64,000 bases of DNA, taken from contig CAYOCJ010000002.1 of the NCBI GenBank assembly GCA_964402565.1, positions 391,340 through 455,339 of the forward strand. The letters run 5' to 3'. Each line of letters starts with the position of its first letter. The first letter of the stretch is position 1. The position numbers were made by a program, and so were the translations under genes. This DNA comes from an uncultured Gammaproteobacteria bacterium (GTDB taxonomy: Bacteria > Patescibacteriota > Patescibacteriia > UBA1558 > 2-01-FULL-52-15). The notes below the pieces were generated by a model. That model had not been told where the DNA came from and searched no databases. It worked only from the letters and a program-made list of their open reading frames with translations. Below, piece after piece: positions 37,435-46,478 of the stretch.

Positions 37435-38553
37435 TTGCCTATGGATGAGCTGATACAAGCGATCCAAAAATTTAAGCAGCGCCTGGAGATCATTCAGGCG
37501 TCTTTGCATCTGGATATCGCCGAGACCCGCTTGCAAGAATTGCATGCGGTCATGGTGCAGGCTGACTTTTGGGAGGACCGCAAACGGGCACAGGACCTGT
37601 CGCAAGAAGCAGCAGATCTCGAACGCTGGGTCTCTTTCTGGAAAAAAATAGTCGCAGACACGGATGAGCTTTTGAAACTCGCTACCGAGGACGCAGCGGA
37701 TCAGACGGTCAACCTGCGTGAAGACATCGCTCAGGAACTTGCTCGACTTGAAAACCTGCTGGCGACGAAAGAAACCGAGACCTGGCTCGATGAACCGTAT
37801 GACCGGGCGCCGGCGATCATGACGATCTATAGCGGCGCCGGCGGCGTCGATGCGCAAGATTGGGCGCAAATGCTTGAGCGCATGTATCTGCGCTTTTGTG
37901 CTTTGCGAAATTGGAAAGTAACCGTGCTGCAGAGAACTCTTGGGCAGGAGGCCGGCATAAAAAATGTTACCTTGAAGATCGAGGGAGCATTCGCCTATGG
38001 CTTTTTGCGCGTTGAGTCGGGCGTACATAGACTCGTGCGTATTTCTCCGTATGACGCTGACCAATCACGACATACATCATTTGCGATGGTCGAAGTATTG
38101 CCCGAACTTGAAGAAGCGAGCTCGATCACCGTCGCAAAGGATGATGTGCGCGTCGATGTATTTCGTTCATCAGGCCATGGCGGGCAATCGGTCAATACGA
38201 CCGATTCAGCGGTGCGATTGACGCATATACCGACCGGCATCACGGTCAGCTGCCAGAACGAGCGCTCGCAGATGCAGAATAAGGCTCAGGCATGGAAGAT
38301 GCTCATGGGCAAGCTCGAAAAGTACTATTCGGCGAAGCGTGAAGAAGACCGGCAATTGTTGCGCGGAGAATTCACTGAAGCAGCCTGGGGGAATCAGATC
38401 AGGTCATATGTGCTGCATCCGTATACCATGGTAAAGGATCATCGGACAAAATATGAGTCAACGGATCCGGAGTCAGTATTAAACGGCGTATTGATGCCAT
38501 TTATCGAAGCAGCGCTCCGGAAGCAAGCATCTGACAAGCGGTCGGAAGGGTAG
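37435..38553 (+). CDS. prfB: Peptide chain release factor 2
   Basis: GGQ motif (SSGHGGQSVNTTDSAVRLTHIPTGI) and RF2-type stop-recognition region (RLVRISPYDADQSRHTSFA; SPY in place of canonical SPF). Start probably ATG 37441; no frameshift site is present. Confidence 0.88.
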   Translation: MPMDELIQAIQKFKQRLEIIQASLHLDIAETRLQELHAVMVQADFWEDRKRAQDLSQEAADLERWVSFWKKIVADTDELLKLATEDAADQTVNLREDIAQELARLENLLATKETETWLDEPYDRAPAIMTIYSGAGGVDAQDWAQMLERMYLRFCALRNWKVTVLQRTLGQEAGIKNVTLKIEGAFAYGFLRVESGVHRLVRISPYDADQSRHTSFAMVEVLPELEEASSITVAKDDVRVDVFRSSGHGGQSVNTTDSAVRLTHIPTGITVSCQNERSQMQNKAQAWKMLMGKLEKYYSAKREEDRQLLRGEFTEAAWGNQIRSYVLHPYTMVKDHRTKYESTDPESVLNGVLMPFIEAALRKQASDKRSEG

Positions 38554-38608
38554 CTAAGCCTTTGAATGACGGGGTAGTATCAGGTATACTTACCAGGTAC
38601 TTACTTTT

Positions 38609-39568
38609 ATGTTTGACCATATCATTCATACGCCAAGAGTACGTAAAAAAGTGGTCAAAATCCGTCACCACGTGTCTGTTTTTGCAATAGTCGCAGGCGT
38701 TATCGGGTCTGTCGTGGCGCTCAATTTGAACCTGCCGTCATTCCAGACAATTTCTATAAGCCAGGCAAGCGTTACTGCAGCTTCTCTCAGATTGATCGGT
38801 GATAATCAGCCGGTCAGTGCCGTGGGTCCTTTGCAGCTCTGGCCCCTTGCTACCATCGAGGCAAAGATTGCTGATAGCCTGGTCCATTTCGATACGGTTC
38901 AATTTCGTTTGAACGGAATATACAATGATTCATCTCTGCAAGGCATCACTTTGTATATAGATAATGTGCAGGCCGGTGTGCCGGTGCTGCCAGATGCGGA
39001 TCACATGGTGCGTTTTAAACTAGAAACTGTTGCGTTAGCAAAAGGCGCTCATACTATGAGCGTAAAGATAACTACGAATGACTCGAGCGCCAGTTCATTC
39101 CAGGCATCTTTCGATCCCTATACAGGGGTCATCACAACTACCGGGCAAGTTGTCCGTATGCAGCTGCCGTATCAGTCGGCTATAGTAACGGTCGCATCGC
39201 ATGGCGATATAGGTTCCTTCGTAAGAACAAATGATGAAGTCCGGCAACTCTATCTGTATGGCATAGCAGAAGATTTTCATTTGGAACATCTGCATATCGT
39301 TGCCAGCGAAGATATGAGCGGTACGCGCATCGATATATTGCAGGGCGGGCAATTCCTTGCCACCGGCGTATTCGCAAAGACTGAAGCAGATATTGATATG
39401 CGCGATGTATCACCGCTGGTATTGCGCGACAAGAATCTCATACTCTCTCTCAACGTCATTCCGCAACTGCAAAAAAATGCGTCAATGACGCTCGATGGCA
39501 TTCAGGCATCCGGCGTTGTCTCACAACAGGAACTGGTTTTTTCTCCGCATTTGCAGCTATTGCCATAA
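38609..39568 (+). CDS. Hypothetical membrane-anchored protein
   Basis: N-terminal TM helix (VSVFAIVAGVIGSVVAL), then a 270-aa extracytoplasmic region of unknown family; upstream of comEC. Confidence 0.45.
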   Translation: MFDHIIHTPRVRKKVVKIRHHVSVFAIVAGVIGSVVALNLNLPSFQTISISQASVTAASLRLIGDNQPVSAVGPLQLWPLATIEAKIADSLVHFDTVQFRLNGIYNDSSLQGITLYIDNVQAGVPVLPDADHMVRFKLETVALAKGAHTMSVKITTNDSSASSFQASFDPYTGVITTTGQVVRMQLPYQSAIVTVASHGDIGSFVRTNDEVRQLYLYGIAEDFHLEHLHIVASEDMSGTRIDILQGGQFLATGVFAKTEADIDMRDVSPLVLRDKNLILSLNVIPQLQKNASMTLDGIQASGVVSQQELVFSPHLQLLP

Positions 39569-39618
39569 ACCTGCAGGCTTGCTAGTGTTTTGCTATTCAG
39601 GGCACAACGATATTTTGT

Positions 39619-41070
39619 ATGGTGCCCGTGTCTGCACTGTTACGACAGGGGAGTATCAGTTTTTTATTTGGATTAGGTGTGGGAACTCTCGTTCTCGACA
39701 CAGCTTTGCATCAGCAATTTTTGATCATGGTCCTGGGCTGTACCGGGGCGCTTTGTGTTGCGCTGGGGCTTTTTTCTCATAAGCGTTTTTTTATTTTTGC
39801 AGGCCTGGCTATCATAGGATGCTGGTATATCGTGTTCCGGTCGTCATTGCTCATCGTTCCATTTTCAAATATATCTCGTGCAGAAGGCGTTATTTATTTC
39901 GTAGAGCCTTTGCTCAGCAAGCAGCGCCTGATCGTAACGCTCAGCAAGCCGTCAGTACTGGCTGGTCGAAATATTTTCGTGTACGCGGAACGGTTCCCTG
40001 ATCATTTTGTCGGGGAACGGGTGCAACTTGGCTGCATGCTCGAACAGCCGGAACCGATCGAGGACTTTGCATTTGATAAGTATGCAGAACGGCGCGGCAT
40101 AGTCGGCGTCTGCCGCTATCCGAAATTGAGCGTGATCGGCCATGAGCACAGTCTTGCCGCTGCGCTGGATCGCCTGCGAAAGGTATATTCGGATTCCTTT
40201 ACAAAAAATATGCCTGCTGCAGAGGACACGTTGCTGCAGGCAATGGTCTTGAATAAAACAGGCGAGTTTCCGAGTAATTTACTTGCTTCTTTTGCGTCCA
40301 GCGGTTTGAGCCACAGTATTTCTATTTCTGGCCTGCATATGGCGCTTCTGATCGCGGCTGTTGAGCTGCTCATGGGCGCATCCGGCCTGAGCAGGCGAGT
40401 ACGACTCACCGCTTTGATAGTCGGTTTAGGCATCTATCTCATTCTATTGGGTTTTCCATCGCCTGCAGTTCGTTCATGCATCATGGGTGTAGCTATGATC
40501 TTTGGAAAATATTCAGGGCGTCAAACAGACGGAGTGCATATCCTGCTTCTCACTGCGACCGTCATGCTGCTCCAGAATCCGCTGCTCATGGGTTTTGATA
40601 TCGGCTTTCAATTATCGTGCCTGGCATTACTGGGCATGGGTCTGACCAATGCGCATTGGCAACAATTGCTATTTTTTCTGCCGGAGCGTTTTGGTATTCG
40701 CGACGTGTTTGCGGCTACCTGTTCAGCACAATTTTTCACCTGGCCTTTGACCATATACTATTTTGGAACGTTTTCATTCATAGCGCCGATAGCAAATGCA
40801 TTCGTATTGCCGCTTCTGCCATTGATGCTGTCGTTTGCTTTTGTGACGCCTTTGCTTTCATGCATGCCATTCATCTATCCGGCAGCTCTGGTACTATTGT
40901 TCAGCGTTACGAAGCTCATGAATTCGTTGGTCGTATTCTTCGGAGCGATTCCCTTTGCTTCCGTTAAACAAATGCAGATCTCGTCCTCGCAAGCCCTATT
41001 CGCTTTAGGGTGTATGGCTATGGTAACCTATCTATGGCATCGATTTGATAACTATCGTACGCATGAGTAA
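39619..41070 (+). CDS. comEC: ComEC/Rec2 DNA-uptake channel, competence (polytopic membrane) domain
   Basis: Polytopic membrane protein with the ComEC competence-domain motif SGLSHSISISGLHMALL. Confidence 0.8.
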   Translation: MVPVSALLRQGSISFLFGLGVGTLVLDTALHQQFLIMVLGCTGALCVALGLFSHKRFFIFAGLAIIGCWYIVFRSSLLIVPFSNISRAEGVIYFVEPLLSKQRLIVTLSKPSVLAGRNIFVYAERFPDHFVGERVQLGCMLEQPEPIEDFAFDKYAERRGIVGVCRYPKLSVIGHEHSLAAALDRLRKVYSDSFTKNMPAAEDTLLQAMVLNKTGEFPSNLLASFASSGLSHSISISGLHMALLIAAVELLMGASGLSRRVRLTALIVGLGIYLILLGFPSPAVRSCIMGVAMIFGKYSGRQTDGVHILLLTATVMLLQNPLLMGFDIGFQLSCLALLGMGLTNAHWQQLLFFLPERFGIRDVFAATCSAQFFTWPLTIYYFGTFSFIAPIANAFVLPLLPLMLSFAFVTPLLSCMPFIYPAALVLLFSVTKLMNSLVVFFGAIPFASVKQMQISSSQALFALGCMAMVTYLWHRFDNYRTHE

Positions 41071-41971
41071 GATCATACGATTAATCTACGGAGTGACCGT
41101 TGTCGTGTTTCTGGCGAGCATGTTCATCGCTATTCCGGTTACGTTGCATAGCGCCACACCACCGGAATTACAGGTGTATTTTCTTGACATTGGACAAGGC
41201 GACTCGATACTGATCGAAACGCCCGAGCATGTTTCAATTTTGGTTGATGCAGGGTCTGATGGACGCGTCGTGCAGCAATTGGGAGAAGTATTGCCATGGT
41301 GGCAGCGGAAGATAGATTATATTCTCTGGACGCATCCGGACCACGATCATTATGGCGGCTTCCAAAGCGTGTTGCAAAAGTATCAGATCGGCCAGGCATT
41401 ATGGAATGGCGACGAAGATTCTTCGCGTGCGTTTCAGAGTCTGCTGCAAGAGGTGCGGCAAAGAAATATTCCGCTGCGGAAAATTTCCCAGGGAGATGTA
41501 TTCCAATGGTCCTCTGGGACGAGTTTGCGTATTGTATGGCCGCCGGAATCCTACCTTTCGAAGGATAAGAATAATCGATCGATAACAGGTTTGCTGAGCT
41601 ATGGCAATGAGGATTACCTTTTGACCGGCGATTTGCCTCAAGCTGAGGAGGCGCAGATGATGGGCCAGTACCCGAGTCTGACCGCCGAAGTATTGAAAGT
41701 AGGCCATCACGGCAGCAAGGGTTCGTCCGGTGCCGGCTTTCTGGCTGCATTGCGCCCGCAATACTGCATCATCTCAGTCGGCAAAGATAATACCTATGGG
41801 CACCCGAATCCTGAGGCGATACAGCGCCTGAAAGACGCTCATTGCGAGATACATACCACTGCAGACGAGGGCAGGGTGACTGTGATGACCGATGGCAGCA
41901 CGCTCACCTATGGCCATGAGGGTTTTGTCTTGTGGAAATCAATGGAATACGCTATACTTTCTATGTTTTAA
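41045..41971 (+). CDS. ComEC C-terminal metallo-beta-lactamase domain protein (separate, overlapping +1-frame ORF)
   Basis: N-terminal TM helix, then MBL-fold motifs (ILWTHPDHDHYGG, KVGHHGSKGSS, SVGKDNTYGHP). Overlaps the preceding ORF by 26 nt in the +1 frame. Confidence 0.75.
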   Translation: MITIVRMSKIIRLIYGVTVVVFLASMFIAIPVTLHSATPPELQVYFLDIGQGDSILIETPEHVSILVDAGSDGRVVQQLGEVLPWWQRKIDYILWTHPDHDHYGGFQSVLQKYQIGQALWNGDEDSSRAFQSLLQEVRQRNIPLRKISQGDVFQWSSGTSLRIVWPPESYLSKDKNNRSITGLLSYGNEDYLLTGDLPQAEEAQMMGQYPSLTAEVLKVGHHGSKGSSGAGFLAALRPQYCIISVGKDNTYGHPNPEAIQRLKDAHCEIHTTADEGRVTVMTDGSTLTYGHEGFVLWKSMEYAILSMF

Positions 41972-42002
41972 GCTGAATTTTCAGCTGATAATCAACAAAA
42001 CT

Positions 42003-42377
42003 ATGGCAGACAAGAAAAAAATATTGGTCATCGAGGATGAGGAAATGCTCTCGACCATGTATAAGGTGAAATTCGAAAATGACGGTTATGACGTTTCAGT
42101 CGCGAATAACGGCGCTGACGGTCTGGAGCTTGCGCCTAAGGTCATGCCGAACCTCATTTTGCTTGATATCATCATGCCGAAGATCGATGGATTTGCTGTT
42201 TTAAAAAAGCTCAAAGAAGATCCGAAGACGAAAGATATACCGGTCATCATGTTGACGAATTTAGGGCAGGATGAGGATATTTCACGCGGTAAAGAAATGG
42301 GCTCAGCAGGATATTTGATCAAAGCAAATAATACGCCTGCAGAAGTAGTCGAAAAAGCGAAAGTATATATCAAGTAA
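42003..42377 (+). CDS. Single-domain response regulator receiver (CheY-like)
   Basis: KKILVIEDEEML...LILLDIIMPKIDG...IPVIMLTNLGQDED...GYLIK; no output domain. Start taken at ATG 42003. Confidence 0.8.
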   Translation: MADKKKILVIEDEEMLSTMYKVKFENDGYDVSVANNGADGLELAPKVMPNLILLDIIMPKIDGFAVLKKLKEDPKTKDIPVIMLTNLGQDEDISRGKEMGSAGYLIKANNTPAEVVEKAKVYIK

Positions 42378-42387
42378 CAGATCACGT

Positions 42388-42993
42388 ATGTCGAATGCAG
42401 GCAAAGACCTCATGCAACAATCCGTCGTCCTCGTAAAACCAGATGGCGTTTCGAGAGGCTTGGTCGGAGAGATCATCACCCGCTTTGAAAAAGCGGGATT
42501 TAAGATAGTGGCGATGAAGATGGTCTGGGTAGATAAAGAACTTGTCATGAAGCATTACCCAGAATCCCGTACTGCGCTCATGGAAGCGATCGGCAATAAG
42601 ACACTTGAGAGTTATGCGAAATTCGGCAAAGATGCACAAGAAGAGCTCGGCACTATGGATCCGAAGGCAATAGGCATGATGGTAAATAAATGGAACATAG
42701 ATTTTTTGAGCTCAGGACCGGTCGTGGCAATGCTGCTTGAGGGCGTGCAGGCGATCGAAAGCATCCGACTTATGGTCGGACATACGATCCCGGCAGTTTC
42801 GGCGCCAGGCACTATTCGAGGAGATTATTCGATCGATTCTCCAGCGCTGGCAAATGCACGCAAGCGTCCGTTGCGAAATCTCGTGCATGCTTCAGGCAAC
42901 GAAGAAGAAGCGAAATACGAGAAAGAACTGTGGTTCCACCAGAGTGAAATTCATGCGTACAAGCGTTCTGATGAAGAAGTGATGTTTGGGTAA
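42388..42993 (+). CDS. ndk: Nucleoside diphosphate kinase (long form)
   Basis: VVLVKPDGVSRGLVGEIITRFEKAGFKIVAMKM ... NLVHASGNEEEAKYEKELWF. Confidence 0.75.
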   Translation: MSNAGKDLMQQSVVLVKPDGVSRGLVGEIITRFEKAGFKIVAMKMVWVDKELVMKHYPESRTALMEAIGNKTLESYAKFGKDAQEELGTMDPKAIGMMVNKWNIDFLSSGPVVAMLLEGVQAIESIRLMVGHTIPAVSAPGTIRGDYSIDSPALANARKRPLRNLVHASGNEEEAKYEKELWFHQSEIHAYKRSDEEVMFG

Positions 42994-43010
42994 AACCCTT
43001 TTCTGGGTAT

Positions 43011-43349
43011 ATGAAGAAAGGATTCGAAACCGCGTCTGATCAACTTCCTGGAGATACGCCTATTTTTTTGCCCGAAGGCGCTCGAGAGCGATTAAGTGAT
43101 GCTGAGTTTGCTGAGTTCATGGAATTGCGAGAGCAATGGATGCGCGATTTTGAGCATGTAACATCTGATGATCCGGAGGTACGACAGCTCGCCTATTGGG
43201 AGATGGAAGAAAGGGCGAGTGGTAAGTCGCCAGAAGAAAGAGCTGCGCATGATGAGGCATTTTTAGCTCGAAAAGCTCGCTATAATGAATTACGTCGTAA
43301 ACTGGGCATAGGGGTGATCGCAGAAGATTCAGTTTTAAGAGTCGAATAG
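43011..43349 (+). CDS. Hypothetical acidic helical protein
   Basis: ORF only; no recognisable motif. Confidence 0.4.
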   Translation: MKKGFETASDQLPGDTPIFLPEGARERLSDAEFAEFMELREQWMRDFEHVTSDDPEVRQLAYWEMEERASGKSPEERAAHDEAFLARKARYNELRRKLGIGVIAEDSVLRVE

Positions 43350-43603
43350 TCATACGTTGACATTTTGATTGACTTCCAAAAAGCGGAGGGTTACACTGAA
43401 AGTAGCCCTCTTCTTTGAAATGTACATGTGCTCTACCTTTGCCTAGGGATCCTCATATTAACCAAGGCCGTGGCCTTAGTTTGCGGGAACCCACCTGACT
43501 TTCAGGGGCAAATGTATATTCCTAGAAAGGGGCAATTGTAATCACAAGACTTGGTCCTACGGCTCACGCTGTATCGGATGAAGAAGCCGAGGACTCGGTC
43601 TTC

Positions 43604-44071
43604 GTGTGCTTCAAAAAAGAACAGCCAACTATGGCTGTTTATTTGTTTGCTCTGGTGCGGTATACTTATTGGCGTATGACAGGTTCGTTCTTACGACGAT
43701 GGGCGCTGGGATCTATCGCTTCAGGCATCGTATTTTTGGCAGGCGGAGGAGTGTCGTTTGACACCTACTATGCTGCCATTATGATCGCTTTGATATTGGG
43801 CGCTGCAAATGCCGCCATGCCGTATATTATCAGCATGATGACCTTCATGAGCACGGTTCTGACTCTCGGACTCGCAACGCTCATTGCGAATGCATTGCTG
43901 CTTAACGTACTTGCAACCGCGGGGCTCGGGATTCATTTTGAATCATTCGACCGGATGTTGCTCATAGCGATCATGATCTCAACGATAGCCTGGTTTTCAA
44001 CTATGGCTATGGATAGGCCATTACCAAGTAATAAAAAACCGTATGAGGACGTATCTCATTTTAATCGATAG
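43604..44071 (+). CDS. Hypothetical polytopic membrane protein
   Basis: 3-4 hydrophobic helices; start may be the ATG about 27 nt downstream (MAVYLF). Confidence 0.4.
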   Translation: MCFKKEQPTMAVYLFALVRYTYWRMTGSFLRRWALGSIASGIVFLAGGGVSFDTYYAAIMIALILGAANAAMPYIISMMTFMSTVLTLGLATLIANALLLNVLATAGLGIHFESFDRMLLIAIMISTIAWFSTMAMDRPLPSNKKPYEDVSHFNR

Positions 44072-44477
44072 CGCGAAACTATTTTTCATCAATGTGTTCA
44101 TGTATACTATTTTTTTGGAAAGCTATATTTTTGCAATTCTTTTTCAGCGACGTTTCCAGGTTGAGCTCCCGTTCATTTCTTTGTTCATAGCGGGGATCTT
44201 CACCTTTATTGCAGTGACGGTCTGGATCAATCTTGCTCGTTTCTGGTATATCAAGATCAAATCAATACGAGCCATGCTGATACGTTCGCTTTGGTCAGAA
44301 GTGCCGTTCGGTATGCTTATCCTCATCATACTTCTTTCAACCGTGGCTACCATCCAGCCATTTGGCAATATCTCTGAAGCAAAGGACCTGCTGGTTGCTT
44401 TCATAGGCTATCTGATCATCTTCCCGCTGATCATGGTGATGACCAAGTCGCATACGGAGAAGGTGGCCGCAATGTAA
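44043..44477 (+). CDS. Hypothetical polytopic membrane protein
   Basis: 4 hydrophobic helices; an alternative start at about 44100 would remove the overlap with the preceding ORF. Confidence 0.4.
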   Translation: MRTYLILIDSAKLFFINVFMYTIFLESYIFAILFQRRFQVELPFISLFIAGIFTFIAVTVWINLARFWYIKIKSIRAMLIRSLWSEVPFGMLILIILLSTVATIQPFGNISEAKDLLVAFIGYLIIFPLIMVMTKSHTEKVAAM

Positions 44478-44490
44478 GTACGCTCATGAC

Positions 44491-44522
44491 AAAACCGCCC
44501 CGATATATATCGGGGCGGTTTT
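44491..44522. terminator. Bidirectional intrinsic terminator between convergent genes
   Basis: aaaaccgccccgatat / atatcggggcggtttt: a perfect palindromic hairpin flanked by A and T runs. Confidence 0.6.
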
Positions 44523-44543
44523 AGGTTTACTGTATTGAAGATG

Positions 44544-44741
44544 TTATGCTGCAACCTTTTCTTTCATCTTCATGGTTCTGTTCATGGTGCGGATACAAGA
44601 AGTGCAAACCATCTGGCGCATGCCATTAACCATGCGACGCTGGAGATTGACCATCATGCGTCTCTTCGTTGCAATATTAGAATGGCTGCGTGAATTCGCA
44701 GTCTTTGGTCCCCGGTGGCAGATTGCGCACATCTTTGCCAT
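44544..44741 (-). CDS. rpmB: 50S ribosomal protein L28
   Basis: MAKMCAICHRGPKTANSRSHSNIATKRRMMVNLQ. Confidence 0.85.
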   Translation of the reverse strand: MAKMCAICHRGPKTANSRSHSNIATKRRMMVNLQRRMVNGMRQMVCTSCIRTMNRTMKMKEKVAA

Positions 44742-44822
44742 AGATAATTGAATATTTGACTGAATGCTCGTATACTGAACAGAAGAGAGTATAGTTAAAA
44801 ATATCTAACTTGTCAACACTCG

Positions 44823-45455
44823 ATGTTGTTCCAACTATTACAGACGAGCGCACCGCTTGCACTTGCGATGATCGCAGCGCTTGTTTTGACCATAACCATA
44901 CATGAGTTCGCTCATGCGCTCGCAGGCTATTTGCAGGGCGATATGACCGCGCGTGATGCTGGCCGTCTGACGCTCAACCCATTAGCTCATCTGGATCCTT
45001 TGGGATCATTGATGCTTTTGCTTGCCGGATTCGGGTGGGGCAGGCCAACGCCGTATAACCCGCATTATTTGAAATATCCCAAATGGGGGCCTTTGCTCGT
45101 GGCTTTGGCCGGGCCGATCTCAAATTTCATTGGTGCAGCCGTCAGTTTAGGGTTATTGATCGCATTGAGCTCGCTCTATTCAGCCGATAACCTGCTCATG
45201 GTCTTTTTGACTTATCTTTTTTTCACCAATGTCATGCTCATGCTTTTCAATCTTCTCCCCATACCGCCTTTAGACGGATCGCAAATACTCATCACGGTGC
45301 TGCCGGACCGGTTTAACCGTTTTAAGTTCTTTATTTTACAAAATGGCCCTTATATTTTACTTGGCTTGATACTCATCGAGAACTTCACTTCCATTCGTAT
45401 TTTCAGCGGTTTATACGATTACATGCTTCATTTCATCTTGAAATTGCTGGGTTAG
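44823..45455 (+). CDS. Site-2 protease family (peptidase M50) membrane zinc metalloprotease
   Basis: HEFAHA (HExxH) within TM helix 1 and the NLLPIPPLDG motif. Confidence 0.75.
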   Translation: MLFQLLQTSAPLALAMIAALVLTITIHEFAHALAGYLQGDMTARDAGRLTLNPLAHLDPLGSLMLLLAGFGWGRPTPYNPHYLKYPKWGPLLVALAGPISNFIGAAVSLGLLIALSSLYSADNLLMVFLTYLFFTNVMLMLFNLLPIPPLDGSQILITVLPDRFNRFKFFILQNGPYILLGLILIENFTSIRIFSGLYDYMLHFILKLLG

Positions 45456-45467
45456 CAACTCCTATTC

Positions 45468-45496
45468 TTGACTGCCACTAGCCTTTCTGCTATTCT
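45468..45496 (+). promoter_or_regulatory. Candidate sigma70 promoter for the rpsL-rpsG-fusA operon
   Basis: TTGACT - 17 nt - TATTCT about 60 nt upstream of rpsL. Confidence 0.4.
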
Positions 45497-45555
45497 ATTC
45501 GCACGTATATCCTTTAAAGCCCTTTAAAGATAAGGGACTTTTTTTGTGAGAAACT

Positions 45556-45984
45556 ATGCCAACCGTCAATCAATTACTGCGAAAAGCCCGTAAACCAACC
45601 AAATATAAGTCAAAAACGCCTGCATTGCAGACGACTTTGAATACACTTCGACGCAGCAAGCGTGATCTTCAGAAGGGCAGCGCTTTTAAGCGTGGCGTCT
45701 GTGTGAAAGTGACCACCACGACACCGAAGAAACCGAACTCAGCTTTGCGTAAGATAGCTCGTGTCAGGCTTTCGAATGGCGTTGAAGTCACCGCCTATAT
45801 TCCTGGTATCGGGCATAATTTGCAGGAACACTCCATTGTATTGATCCGCGGAGGTCGTGTGAAAGATCTGCCGGGTGTCCGCTATCATATCGTACGCGGT
45901 GTTTATGATGCACAGGGTGTTGCGAACCGAAAGCAGGGCCGCAGCCTCTATGGCGCAAAGCGTGAGAAAGCTAAGAAAGGGTAA
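45556..45984 (+). CDS. rpsL: 30S ribosomal protein S12
   Basis: [13 protein letters not shown]...[10 protein letters not shown]. Confidence 0.95.
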   Translation: MPTVNQLLRKARKPTKYKSKTPALQTTLNTLRRSKRDLQKGSAFKRGVCVKVTTTTPKKPNSALRKIARVRLSNGVEVTAYIPGIGHNLQEHSIVLIRGGRVKDLPGVRYHIVRGVYDAQGVANRKQGRSLYGAKREKAKKG

Positions 45985-45987
45985 TCT

Positions 45988-46452
45988 ATGAGAGGCAAAC
46001 AAGCACCAAAGCGCGCAGGCAAGCCTGATCCAAAATTCAGCAGAGTTGATATTGCGAAATTTATCAGCCGCATCATGAAGAACGGCAAGAAAACAGTTGC
46101 TCAGGGCATCGTCTATGATGCATTTCAGAGAATTTCTGAGGTCACGAAGCAAGACCCGCTCGAAATCTACGACAAAGCAATTCAGAATGTGAGTCCGAAT
46201 CTTGAAGTAAAAGGCCGCCGAGTCGGTGGTGCAAACTACCAGGTTCCTGTTGTCGTGATCGGCGAACGCAAGCTTGCATTGGCACATCGCTGGATCCTTG
46301 ATGCTTCTCGCGCCAAAAAAGGGAAACCAATGTTCGAGAAACTCGCTGATGAGCTTATTGCCGCATCAAAAGGCGAAGGCGATGCCATGAAAAAGCGGGA
46401 AGATGTACAGCGCATGGCAGAAGCAAACCGCGCATTCGCTCATTTCGGATAA
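45988..46452 (+). CDS. rpsG: 30S ribosomal protein S7
   Basis: Conserved S7 sequence and position after rpsL. Confidence 0.93.
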   Translation: MRGKQAPKRAGKPDPKFSRVDIAKFISRIMKNGKKTVAQGIVYDAFQRISEVTKQDPLEIYDKAIQNVSPNLEVKGRRVGGANYQVPVVVIGERKLALAHRWILDASRAKKGKPMFEKLADELIAASKGEGDAMKKREDVQRMAEANRAFAHFG

Positions 46453-46478
46453 ATTTTATCTTGTTTGTTTAGGAAATT

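Noticed and set aside
37099-37445. Possible programmed +1 frameshift at the 5' end of prfB; upstream ORF 37099..37431 is in the same frame as prfB
   Set aside because: The region aligning to the E. coli frameshift site reads ASLHLD (gcg tct ttg cat ctg gat) with no in-frame TGA or CUU-UGA-C context. The upstream ORF is a membrane protein with no similarity to the RF2 N-terminus, so the shared frame looks coincidental. prfB appears to be translated conventionally, which also supports TGA=stop (code 11).
37102-38064. 320-aa minus-strand ORF antisense to prfB (similar antisense ORFs lie within ftsZ, rplC-rplD, rel and topA)
   Set aside because: The sense strand encodes highly conserved, readily recognisable proteins (GGQ motif of RF2, tubulin signature of FtsZ and so on). 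The antisense ORFs show no motifs.
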